A program made the position numbers and the translations under genes. From the human T2T-CHM13v2.0 reference genome, Homo sapiens: a stretch of DNA of 64,000 nucleotides. The stretch lies in assembly GCF_009914755.1 (NCBI RefSeq), contig NC_060936.1; one strand, written 5' to 3'. A model generated the notes under the pieces. It ran no database searches and was not told where the DNA came from. It worked only from the letters and a program-made list of their open reading frames with translations. The first letter of the stretch is position 1, and each line of letters begins with the position of its first letter. Below are positions 27,745 through 40,849 of the stretch, in pieces.

Positions 27745-28123
27745 TGTCTTAGTCCATTTGTGCTGCCATAACAAAATACCTGAGGCTAGGCAATTAATAA
27801 GAACAAAAATATTTCCTTACAGTCAGGGAGGCTGGGACGTTCAAGATCAATGCACTCACAGTCTTGGTATCCAGTGAGGGCTGCTCTCTGCTTCCAAGAT
27901 GGCATGTTGTTGCTGTATCTTCCAGAGAGGAAGAAGGCTGTATCCTCATGTAGTAGAAGGAGCAGAAGAACTGACCCTCTTATAAGGGATGGATTTTATA
28001 ATCCATTCATGAGGACTATAGCTTCATGACTTAATCACCTCCTAAAAGTGAGGTGATTAATAGTATGACATTGTTGACTAAGTTTCAACAAATTAATTTG
28101 GGAGACACATTCAGGTTCTAGCA
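27745..28123 (-). mobile_element. MaLR solo LTR (MST-family, MSTB/C-like)
   Basis: TGTCTTAGTCCATTTGTGCTGCCATAACAAAATACC...TCTCTGCTTCCAAGATGG...ACACATTCAGGTTCTAGCA. Confidence 0.88.
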
Positions 28124-28849
28124 GTACCTGGTGACATTGGTCAGGTAAGAATGTCACAGAGCTGCTTTGTGGAGAGAAAGAGATCTCAGGAGATGAACAG
28201 GTGATCCTGCTTCCAGTGACCCACGCCCTTCATCCTTCAGGGACATCTTTCCAATAGACTGACAATCTGACTCCATATTTGCAAAGGACTAAGTCATACA
28301 GCTGTGAGAGGAAAATAAACAAATGATGTACCTTCTGATAGAGATGAGGATAACCAACCTTGAAAGAGCTCCTTGGGGGTTAGTGTGACGGCATGCAATC
28401 CATTCTCAAACACATATTTTCACATTAAAATGCATATCATAGTCAGTAGTTCAAAGTATCTTGGCATTAATTGAATTAGGGAATGTAGAATATTTGGGGG
28501 AAAATGTATAAATCAAGTGCTGATGAAGAAAAATGTAGCCTAACAGTGTTTCTTTCCATTGCAAACTGTAGAACAGAGGGAGCAGCCATGAATGATTAAG
28601 AACCACTGACCTACATGGGGAAATGCTGACTGAATGTTTAAAGTAGAAGGAAAAGCACTATTGATTTCTGATTTTAAGGATCTTACAGGCTTTACGTTAG
28701 AGCTAAAGCTTTCAGAATCTTGTTTTAAAATATTTTATAAGAAGTATTTTTAAAGGTTCATTAAAGCAGAATATTTTTAAAAACAGACCTTGACCCTCTC
28801 CACAACTGATGAATTATTTGAGAAGTTTAACACAATGTCCTGCTTTAAA

Positions 28850-29105
28850 TTAAGATAATGTGGGTAAAGATGAAGAAAAAGTAAGTATAATTTGGTGGAT
28901 TTGAAACTGATTAAAGATTATACCTAAAAATGTTAATAAATAAATCTATGTCAGTCTATAAAGTGATTTCTAAAGGTTTGCAGGAGTTTTTATCTTTAGA
29001 CCTATCCTGTTTAACTTTTTGTTTTAAATAAATTATATAAATTTGTATTCTGGTCAGATTTACAAATAAAACAAAGCTGGAAGGTATAGGTAATACACTG
29101 CATTA
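28850..29105 (+). mobile_element. L3/CR1 RT-region fragment
   Basis: TTTGGTGGATTTGAAACTG, CCTATCCTGTTTAAC, ATTTACAAATAAAACAAAGCTGGAAGGTATAGGTAATACACTG follow recalled L3 RT. Confidence 0.6.
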
Positions 29106-29379
29106 TGAAATTCTAGGCCAAATCCTTTACACACACATACGCACATACACACACACACGAAAAAGATGGTGGAAAATAGGCCTGAAAGTAACATGTGTAA
29201 AACATTTTAAAAATAGTGCGTGTCCATATAAATGTGCTATTACAATGGAAATTAAGGAATCCAAGGATTAAAAAAATATATAAATGAGAAGCGTAAACAT
29301 CCATGAGTGTAAAGGAAATTAAAGGAATAATTTCAAAAGTATTTTTTAAATTTCATGCAGATATATTTATACACACACA

Positions 29380-31070
29380 TATTCAAAAACCAGCATCATA
29401 CTTAGTGGTGAAATATTAGAATTATCAATATATTTTCTTTAAAGTTGGGAGCAAGATAATAATGTTTTATCATTAGAGTTTTTGGCAGACAACAGAAACC
29501 AATCTAGCTAGTTTAAGTAGAAAGGGCCATGTGGCAAAATTCATTTTGAAATTGTTGGAAAAGTGGGTGGAGCAAGCTCTGGGCATAGCTTCCAGGTATG
29601 TCTTGTAGAACAGCTGCCAAGAGAGCTGCTGCATCAGCTGTGATTATGAAGCTACGGAATCTTGCAGCCACTGCCCAACTATTGGCTCTATGACCACACC
29701 ATCTCAGGGAAGACCTACAGTAGCAAAATGACTACCCTACCCACTGCTTCTCAACACCTACAAAACTAGGCATTAAACACTGGTATCTATGCTGTGGTTA
29801 AGAAAACTCCAGAAACTCTCTGACCATGTTCTTGGTTTGCCTAATCAATAGAACAGAAGCACAGCCCAATCTGCTTCATTTCTACCCTCCAAATTTCATG
29901 GGTAAACATCTGCTTGCTAGATTGCAGGTAGAATCCAAGCTCAAAGAAATCCTGGGAAACGTGGTTTTTCATTTTCCAGCTTCTAGCAGACTAAAGTCAT
30001 ACTAAAAGAGAAATGACATGGCCCTGATTGCAATGATCTACAACATCCACCATATTATATTCCCTACACCTGACATTTATCAGAAGTAGTAGCCAATGGA
30101 ATTAAATAAGAGATATAAAGCAGGAAGCAAGATCATCATGCTTGCTGTTAACATGATCCTATACTCAGAAAACCAAGAGAATCAGCACAAATATTATTAG
30201 AAAAATTAGGTTTCAGAAAGGTAATGGTTATAACATTAATATACTATACAGATATCACATAGCTTTTCTATAATCAGTAACTAATTAGAAAATACAATGA
30301 AAGATGTTATCTCATTTATAAGCAATCAAAAAAGATACAATAGCTGGCATAAAGTTTAAAAATATGTAGATTTTATTGTGAAAAAGCCCTTAAAAATTTC
30401 TGCTGAGGTATATAAGAAAAAATGTATAAAAAGTACTTTGCTTTGAATTGGAGGATTCAATATTATCAATACTTTTAATTTTCCCTAAGTTACTCATATA
30501 TGATTTTTATATATAATATATCCAATATACATATATTAATATATCCAAATCAAGAAGTGTTTTCCGAACCTGACAATTCTACATTTAAAGTGAAGAAATA
30601 TATATGCAAAGTTAGCTATGGAAAGTCTGCAATGCACTGCCAGATATTAAAATATTGTAATGAAGCCACAGCTAAAATAGTTTTTGCATTAAAAAGAAAT
30701 AGAGAAGTTAACTGGATTAGGATAGAGATTTGGAACATAACTACATATAGAAATAATTTAATATAAAATGAAGGTGGTATTTTACATCAGTCAGGGAAAG
30801 GTAAATTATTCAGTAACCTTTGAGACACTGGCTAGGCGTCTGTGAAAAACAAATGTTGGATCACAACCTGACTCCTTACACCAAAGGAATAAAGATGACG
30901 TAAATGAAGTAAATGCATGAAGGTAAAAAGTGAGTAAAGACTATAAAGAGAAAGTTGATTAATATAAATGGCTAATACATTTCCCAAGAAAGGCTCAACC
31001 TCATTTATAATTAAAGGAAAACCAATCAAAACAGGGAAGTACTTACTTCTTACCTATCAAATCTAAAGGC
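29380..31070 (+). mobile_element. Old L1M (L1ME-like) ORF2 fragment split by an LTR
   Basis: CAGCATCATACTTAGTGGTGAAA..., resuming TAGCCAATGGAATTAAA, GAAAACCAAGAGAATCA, GCTCAACCTCATTTATAATTAAAG. Confidence 0.6.
29470..30052 (-). mobile_element. Old MaLR LTR (MLT1L/N-like)
   Basis: AACAGAAACCAATCTAGCTAGTTTAAG start; CTGGGAAACGTGGTTTTTCATTTTCCAGCTTCT...TCTACAACATCCACCA end. Confidence 0.55.
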
Positions 31071-31467
31071 CACAGGATTGCGTTTATAAACACTGTGATT
31101 TGGCTATGCTTTCTACTTTCCTGAGAAAGTTTGCCAGCATTACCACAGTTCCGTTCTCAGTAACATCTGTGGTGCCTGCCTGCTCTTTTCAGCCAGTCTC
31201 GAGCTACAGAGGCCCTTTCCTCTTAAAAATATATGAGGCTTGGGGAAGAAACAGCTGAGTCTCCCATGCCAAACCATCTAACTACTTAGCTATGCACGTC
31301 AAGAATTTATTTACTGAAAGAATATCTAGTAGTTGCCTTTACAAGAAGGAGATGGAGCTGGAGGTTGTGGAGGAGGATAGATCATTGATTTTGTGTTACA
31401 AGCATCTATATGCTTACAGGGCATGTTTGAATTTCTGATCATGTGAACATTTTTTACATTGTACACA

Positions 31468-32250
<783 letters not shown>

Positions 32251-33530
32251 GTTGGTGTTAGTCTTGCTCTGCTCTGAGGTGGTCATCTTGGCCTGTGACT
32301 GTGTTTGGGTCTCTAAATCAACTAGAACATGTTAGGAGAGACAAACATGGCATGGGAGAATTTGCAGTCACATCCGATGACAAAGGATCCAAGCATTTGA
32401 TTGGGTTATATAGCTGGGAAAGGAATAACGGATAGAAACTATAGCAGTGTTCATGGATATTGAATCTAGAAGAGTCAGTAAACATATTAGCCATGGGCTC
32501 AGAGAATATGTTAAAGGAAACAGTTTTGGATTAATGAAACAGAACGCTAAGCAGTGAGGCACTCCAGCAGAGGCTGACGTGGCAAGTGAGTTCTCTCATC
32601 ATGAAAACTGTTCAGAACTAAGCGTATTGTCAGATCGAATAAGGGACAGAGATCAAACCCTGGAATTCTTAGAGGCTACCATATTCTTACTTGTACTTCA
32701 TAGGAGTTCCCAGATATTTTAAAAGACAAAAAAAAAGTTCCATATAATAAAACAAACGTAAAGTATATTGTAAAACTACAAGTCAGCTATCTAGCTTCTC
32801 AGGAACAATTCCAGTGTACTGGCGTTTGAAAGCAGAGCTACAGAAGGTCGTTTGTCATGTCTAAAGGCCATAGAATCACTTTTATTACCTTTTCGATTTA
32901 GCTTTGCTCTCTACTTTTTTCTGAAGTTAGCCAGCTTTACTACATCTCTGCTTCCAGGAAAATCTAGGGAATCTGCCCTCCCTCTTTTTAGCCAGCTTCC
33001 AGCTGATGGATTCTGGGCAACTGCTTAGAGACAGCAAAAGTAGACATGACCTTGGGAGAAGGTGGTAAAGCAGCTTTGGTCTGACCTTTCCTTCCTCACA
33101 GACCACCAAGTCCTGAAAGTGAATGTTTAATACCCCTGGCAAGATTGCTGGCCTCTGTTCCAAACAATTACTGAACTAATCTAAATTATACAAACACAGA
33201 CCATTTATCAAGGTCAGCCTGCAACAATTTGCATATGTAGGCAGAGTGTTCCCAGTACAAAGGGTGAACTGAGGAGAGGTAAAACAGAAATGAGTTGCTG
33301 ATTAGTCAAAAAAAAAAAAAAAAAGACTCATTAAATATCTAACAGTGGGCAAGTTTGCAGGTTTGGTTACCTAAATTATTGTCTTATTATCATGAGACAA
33401 AAAGGCATATTTTTCTTCTTTAGTAATAACTTTTAAAAAGACCATCTGGCAAATGTAGATTGAGACATTTGACCTCAAAGGTTTTTAACATTCTTCTTGA
33501 TAAATAAGAATAAAAGGAAAAAGAGAATGG

Positions 33531-34016
<486 letters not shown>

Positions 34017-34109
34017 TAAGCAAATTCCCTAAAACTTACTGGTTGTCTATTGATGCCCCTAAAGGGACTTGCTTCCAGTTCTCCACACTCACCTGAAAAA
34101 TTTACATCA

Positions 34110-34422
34110 AAAGTTAAATAATGCAGTCACAAAAAGAGAAATACTGTATGATTCCACTTTTATGAGATACCTAGAGTAGTCGAATTTATAGAGACAAAAA
34201 GTGAAATGGTAGTTGCCAGGGGCCTGGGGGACAGGGGACATGGGGACTTGTTTAATGGGTATGAAGTTTAAGTTTGAGACAATTAAAAAGGTTGTAGAGA
34301 TAGATGGTAATCAGGTTGACCAAAATTTAAATGTCCTCAACACTATTAAATTATACACTTAAAAATGATTAAGATGGTAAATTGTATGTTGTGTGTATTT
34401 TATCACTGTTTAAAATAAAATG
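34110..34422 (+). mobile_element. L1MB-like 3' end
   Basis: CAGTCACAAAAAGAGAAATACTGTATGATTCCACTT...ACACTTAAAAATGATTAAGATGGTAAATT. Confidence 0.85.
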
Positions 34423-34976
34423 TTAAAATCAATTATATTCATAGACGAAGGAATATTACAGTGACTGAACTTTAAAAATCCAGTTTTACATCCTCAGTGT
34501 CAGAGTCTCCACTGGACTATTTCAAGCCTGGGGAGCTTGGTAATGAGCTGATCATCTTTGACTATGTTTGGCTGGCACTGAAGTGGACCATGATGTTGAG
34601 TTTATGGTCTTGCTCATGGCAAGGAGCCAGAAGCCGGAAGCTGGGGTAGATCAGACAGGTGGGGGCAGCTCATAGCGGTTGGTTGCCTGGCTTGTTCAGT
34701 GCTGAGCACAAAGGTAATGGGTGGTAAATATCAAAGCTGGTCTTAAATTGTTGAGAAATAAGTAGGGAGAGCAGGCTTGCATTTAAAATCACAACTACTA
34801 TGCCAGGGAAATATAGGTAACCTATTAACATCACCTGAGAACTGTAAGGTATGATGAAAAGCAAACATCTGCTGCTTTACATAGTTTTGATAATAGAGTC
34901 ATCATATGTTTTTATATCCCTAGAGGAGAAGCAACTAGGAGTATGGTTTTCACCAAGTAAAGACTGAACAGACACC

Positions 34977-35152
34977 CAGGGCTAGCTTTATAAGTATGCC
35001 ACTTGTGCAGTTACACTGCTTCCCATGCTCTGAAGAACTTTGTACTTGGTTTAATGACAGTTGTTGCATTCTTCATATTTGTAATACCTTTTGAACAAGG
35101 GGCTCCATGTTTTCATTTCTGCTAGGCCTCTCAAATCATGTACCTGGTCCAG
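34977..35152. mobile_element. MER91A-like hAT DNA transposon
   Basis: CAGGGCTAGCTTT...TGTGCAGTTACAC...CTTGGTTTAATG...TTTTGAACAAGGGGCTCCATGTTTTCATTT...CTGGTCCAG. Confidence 0.75.
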
Positions 35153-35264
35153 TTGGCACCAATAAGAATATCAAACTACTGTCCAGGTGGTCACGCAAGG
35201 AGGTGATGCACAAGCCTAATTTGGGCAGATATGGAGTGTTAAAGAAAGGACCTGGGGTTGGTCT

Positions 35265-35314
35265 AGATATTATTTGGGAATCTGGGTGGAGATACTATTT
35301 GGGAATCTTGGTGG
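35265..35314. repeat. 25-bp tandem duplication
   Basis: AGATATTATTTGGGAATCTGGGTGG / AGATACTATTTGGGAATCTTGGTGG (23/25 identical). Confidence 0.92.
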
Positions 35315-36009
35315 AGTCGAAGAAAAAACACAGATGGATAAATATGTAGTATTGCATAAATTTGTGACTCTAAGCTCATCTGTCAGTAAACTGTTGGGGA
35401 CAGAGTCCTGTGTCCAGTCAGTATCATTGTCCAGTCACATAGTTACATGTCTGCAGTGCTCCTCTCCTTTTCTACTCATGCTGTCATTGCTACATAGAGG
35501 AGATCCTGGATAGGAAAAGGTCAAGGTTCTGCCCAGTGAGTAGGATTGCAGGGTCTCTTATGCCTTCTGTTGGGACATCTGATTGTTTGCATTGCTTCTC
35601 CTGCCCTTGCTATCATCTTTCATCTTTATCCCCTCAACAGAGTGGGCCTACCGAGAGAAGGTGCATTAAACCAGTCATCAAGAATCACAACAGGGATTTC
35701 AACTATCTGGGGACTGGGAAGAAGAATGAGATTTCCAAGCTACAGGCTGGGTTGGACTTGGGGGCTGGTGTGGAGGAGCAGAGATTGGCCCAGAAGAGAA
35801 GGAGTAGGGCTCCTTTGGTGGGATAACATGGTGGAAAGGGGGTTCCATCCATGCCAGTGGGACTCACTGTCAGAAGGACTGTTGTCCAGGCAAAGTCACC
35901 AGAGCTGAGTTTTCTGGCGGGAATATTGAGGGTATTGTGTTGGCTCTGAATTTCTGGTTATTTCACCAGCTCCTATTTCTTCAGGGCATATTCCCCTCAG
36001 TTCCTTTAT

Positions 36010-36260
36010 CATGTGGAATAGCAGCACCTTGATTTCAGTCTGACACAGATTCAATTTCTAGAATTGTCACTGTATAGATGGGGGAGACCTTAGGTAGGTT
36101 ACTTTACCTCTCTGAGATGAGTGCATATTTTCTCATTTTGTAAAACAGATAAAACACATATTCATAGTATTGATTAAATACATAGTGATGATTAAATAAG
36201 AAAATATGTAAAATGTGGAGCACAAAATAGATCCCAAATGATTTGGATCTGTTATTACTA
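36010..36260 (+). mobile_element. MIR SINE
   Basis: GACCTTAGGTAGGTTACTTTACCTCTCTGAG...TTTCTCATTTTGTAAAA...GATTAAATAAGAAAATATGTAAAA. Confidence 0.7.
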
Positions 36261-39084
36261 TAATCAGCATTATAGGTGTTATTCAAACAGGGAAGAGCTA
36301 AAGATATACCAAACAGACTAATACAAAAATCCGTGGAGATTAAGTTAAAAAGAACGCTAATTGCTATTCATTTACATAGTCAACGTATCATTGTTATTTA
36401 TTTACTTATTTCCTGGTTGTTATTGTTATTTTGTATGTACAGATGTAATTAATTCTACATTTTAAAATTGAAAATATATATCTGAATAGTGAGCCCTGGA
36501 GCTATTAGATTATCTTTCAGGGTTCTGTAAATAGGATTATAATTAGGCACAGTGTAATCTCTTATCCTCCACAAAGGCTGCTTATTTTACTTCTATAGAA
36601 ACAGAATCTTCTGGACCTGCAAGAAATCTTACAGATCATCTACTAAAATTCCCTCTTTTAAAAGATGAAGAAATTGTGATCTGTTAAACTATATCTTTTA
36701 AAGTATTGAATTATTTTCCCCTGAAGTTTTATCAGTTCGATACAAATAAAATCATTTTATTTGTTTAATTTGGTTACCTTTAAGTAAGTTAACTTAAATC
36801 ATTTCAGTCTAAGTCTTAGCTGGGAAACAAGACTTCTATTATTGTATCCACTGCTTTCCTTTAATTAAGCTCTTGAAATGATTATTTTGAACAAAATGCT
36901 TGGTACTAAATTTATAAATGGTGTGTTGCTTTCCACTGCAGTGTTCTACAAAGTTGGATTGAATTATTTTACCTATACAACTTTCTGTTCCTGCATAATG
37001 ATGCTTTTTCTGTGTGAGTTGTTCATAAATCAGATAAATGTGGTTTTTCATCCTGCTTCAAAATATACAATGTGGTTGCTCATAATCTCCTCCTCAAAAA
37101 TGCACAGGAAACATGCAGCACACACAGTACTCAATGAAGAGTCTTTCTCTCTCTCACTCTTGTTCTTGCACTCATTCTCACCCTCTTTTTCCTTTTCCCA
37201 ATAGGAAAAGTACTCATTGGGTCTATTTGTCTTTCAGACTCTTGCACATACTGTGCGATCCCATGGTATAGGCAGCAGGACATGCTTTGTTCCTTGTTCC
37301 CCAGACTGTGTCACTTCAGCATATGTTGCCAAGTTGTACCTCGTTGTGTCAAATGCGGCTTGACCAATTCCCTTCAGAACACAATTTGAGTCAGCAGAGT
37401 GATTTCAGAGTTGAGTGCTTCCTCTGAATGTGGATTTTAACTGATGAATTTTCCAGCACAAGGGAAAAGATGCCATAGGCCAAAATATCAGTAAAATCTT
37501 CAGCTCACTGAAGTGGCAAAATGGTTGTCTCTTTGCAAGTGGTTGTATTAGGTAAGCATATTATTGAAAATAATGCTCTTCTGAGGGATGCGCTATGAGA
37601 AAAGCTAATTTTTCTAGGCCAATGAATTAGTTTTAACCACTTTTTTTCCTGATAAGGACATTTATTTTTTATTGTTTAGACAACTGAATATAATTCATTT
37701 GTAAATCTTCTCCCCTGTAATTTCTATTCCAATCTGCCTTTACACACACACACACACACGTAGAGCAAATTAGTTAAAAGCCTTCTTTTTCCCATTGTCT
37801 AATCTTCCACTTAAATCAATCCTACCTATATTGTAACCTTTTATTCCATGGTGAATAGTTTTCTAGATTAAAAGTTTGGAGTTTTTCCCACAGGTAACAG
37901 ATTCTGGAAGGACTTCAAATGCCATGCATTTTTAACCTCTACTTAGGGTACATAGATGTAGAAATAAATATGAGTGCCAGAAAATTCACAACCTGTGATA
38001 GAATCATACAAATCTCAAGTATGTTCCCAAGAATGCTCTAGGGTTGAAGGGTACTTAAGTTTTAAGAATTCACAGAGGACAAAGGTATTAGTTTCTCTGA
38101 ATGATTCCTATCTTTCAACATAACCTCACAGTTTCAATGGTATATATGTGTTTTGTTATGTAGGAAACTTCCTCACATTATAAACCCCAAATCTTTCATA
38201 CATGAGCATAGGAGCTCTCTGGAGAGACAATCATCAAGATCATTTATGAATTTTCTTATATCTGACACTGTTCCCCCAATAATTTAAGATGGTAACAATC
38301 TTCAGTGCAGCTGTCCCTTCTCTCTTGGGAAGCTTTGTGTTCTGCTTACTAACAGAGGTGATTTTCTTACAACAGTTAGTAATCAAGGGGTCAAAATGAG
38401 AGGGCAGCATATTTTTAAAAACTCAGAGAAATAGTCAAACACCGCTAACTGTACCCTGTCATCAGAATTTTTCCTCTCTTCTTTACTCAGCTCTTAAGTT
38501 TCAAATCTGGCTGCATGTTATCATTTTGGGACTTTTAAAAAACTTCTACATCCTGGCCTTGCTGTCGAGCAATTGAAGCGACTCTGAAAGTGGAACCCAG
38601 TGAGTCAGGATTGAGCACCATGACCTTATAGGCTGAAGTATGTGCTGAAGAGGGTTAATCACAAATAGTGACCAATGGAGTAATGGAAACTACTGCTAGT
38701 TAGAGTCCTACATGGACATCATCTTAAAAAGAAGCTGAGGGACCTTTAAGGGTAGTTGTGTTTCTCTTCAAGAGGATGTGAAAGTTTTATCACAGAGCTC
38801 AACATAAAGTAGGAACATCACGTAACATAAAGAACATCTCAGAAATTAACCAAGGTTGACTTTAAAACAGAACACATTCTGGTTTAAGATATAAAGGAAT
38901 AATATCTTTGACAAGGGCAATACTCTTTAAGAATGAAAAAAAAAAAGAGAGAGCTATAGAGAAATATACTCTGGTGGGAAAAGGGACCCATTCTAATGAT
39001 CCCAACTCTTCACCCTCAAACTTCTAACTATGTCTTGGGGTTTTATTATTTTGACCCTTCCTGCCATCATCACCCTTTACCCCA

Positions 39085-39124
39085 AGGTACCAATACCCCC
39101 TTTTCTTAGGTACCAATACCCCCT
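39085..39124. repeat. 17-bp direct repeat, 23-bp period
   Basis: AGGTACCAATACCCCCT at 39085-39101 and 39108-39124. Confidence 0.92.
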
Positions 39125-40404
39125 AGTCCAAAGACAAGAGCCACAAATGAAGCAATATGCCCAAAACACATTCTGATAATACGTTCTTAGTGCCTAGCAG
39201 GTGATGGCATAATTTGCTATCTCAGAACTGTACATTTTAACAATTTTTAAAACATTTTGTGTTTATAGCTCTTGAATTTTTTCTTAAATTTTCTTTAGAA
39301 AGTTAATGCTAGACCTAGTTATATTAAAAAGAATAATGGGAAGGGCATTTTGTTTCATTTGTGGGTTTTGTCTTTAGACTAAGAAAAGGGGATATTGGTA
39401 CCTTTGGGTAATGGGTAGTGATGGCAAGTAGGATCAAACTAATAAAACCTCAAGACATAGAAGTGTGAGGGTGAAGAGTTGGGACCATTAGAACGGGCCC
39501 CTTTTCCCAAAAGAGTTTGTTTTTCTTAACAGGTCTTATTCTTTTTTCATTCTGAAAGAGTATTGATTGAATGTCAATCAGAGAGGTGATTGTCAGAGAG
39601 ATGATTCCTTTATAGCTTAGCCTGTATCTCCAGGCTTGAAGTTCTACACCAGTGAGATAATTAAAACAACATGCTTTGGTTGAAAGCCTTTCCCAACCAC
39701 AGTGAGTACTGAAACTATATTTGTATTAATCAAGCATAAATTTCTAACAAAGATCCACTGATACAGGAATTCAAACAAATTGCATTTTTGCCCCTCTTAA
39801 AATACTATAGACTGTTATCAATGATAACATTTTCAAAGGCATAGATTGTAAAGTTTGATGGAGTGTGCCTCTTCAACCTTTCAGAGATGTATGTTTAATT
39901 CTTTTCTGTGAAAGGTAACAGCTAATAGACCCATTTAACTCATTCTCCAGGGCTTCTGTCATACAATGAATTTCTATTGTTTAAACAAACAATACGTCAG
40001 TTTCTTTATAATAACCACATGTTGAAAGAAAGCCACCCATTCAATAAAATATGAATGAGGTAGTTATTTTAACAGCTATGAAAACTTGAATCAAGTTGTC
40101 TGGGTACTTCAGCTGAATTGATAATGGAGGAAATTAGGCAGTGCAAGCTGCTCTTTTCTGAGTGCCTGTACTGTCCCTCCATTATTAATCACAACATGGC
40201 CATTGACATTCCTGTCAGATCCACTTCAGAGTGCTGATTGCTGGTCTGTGTCACTCCATGTGAGAATACATTCTGGAACCTGCATTTTATGTTCCCAGAG
40301 AAGTGCTGAGCATTCTGTTGGAAGTAGCATCCTTCTTTCCCTGAGGGCTTAACCTGTCAACTTTTCCCAGTTTAGGAAAGTGCAGCTGCCTTATGGAATA
40401 GAAA

Positions 40405-40595
40405 GTCATTCATTCATCATTCACTCACTTATTCATTCCTTTGACAATTTTTTACGCATTTGCTATGTTCCAAACACTGTACCATGTACTAGAAACATAA
40501 AAGATGACTGAGACCTAGTCCTTGCCTTCAAGTTACTCCAATCTAGCAGAAGAGAAAGACAAGTATCAGCCAATTTGCCACATGCAAAGTATACC
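40405..40595 (-). mobile_element. L2 3' end
   Basis: (TCAT)-like tail, CTATGTTCCAAACACTGT, AGTCCTTGCCTTCAAG...CAATCTAG. Confidence 0.7.
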
Positions 40596-40849
40596 TGATG
40601 TAGCCAGGAAAGGCAAAGGTGGCTCATTTGCAAATGTCAGTTCGAGGAAGTGAAATACAGAATGGGTCGTCAGAGAAGTGGCCAGTTAATGGACTATGTT
40701 TTCAATGGATTCTGTTCTTATCCAAAGCATATGCCCATATCATTGATATTTTCTTAAATTATCTTCCAATTATTTTCTCTCTTTCAGAAGTAATTAATTT
40801 CTGGGAACAGCCTGTCTTCACTAGGAAAAGCTTGTCTTACATACTCTTT

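Noticed and set aside
28128-28301. Minus-strand exon candidate with a good acceptor
   Set aside because: Stops in all three frames and a weak donor at an LTR edge.
35107-35908. Overlapping 79-120 aa ORFs in a GC-richer patch
   Set aside because: No recognisable protein similarity or consistent splice signals; consistent with chance ORFs.
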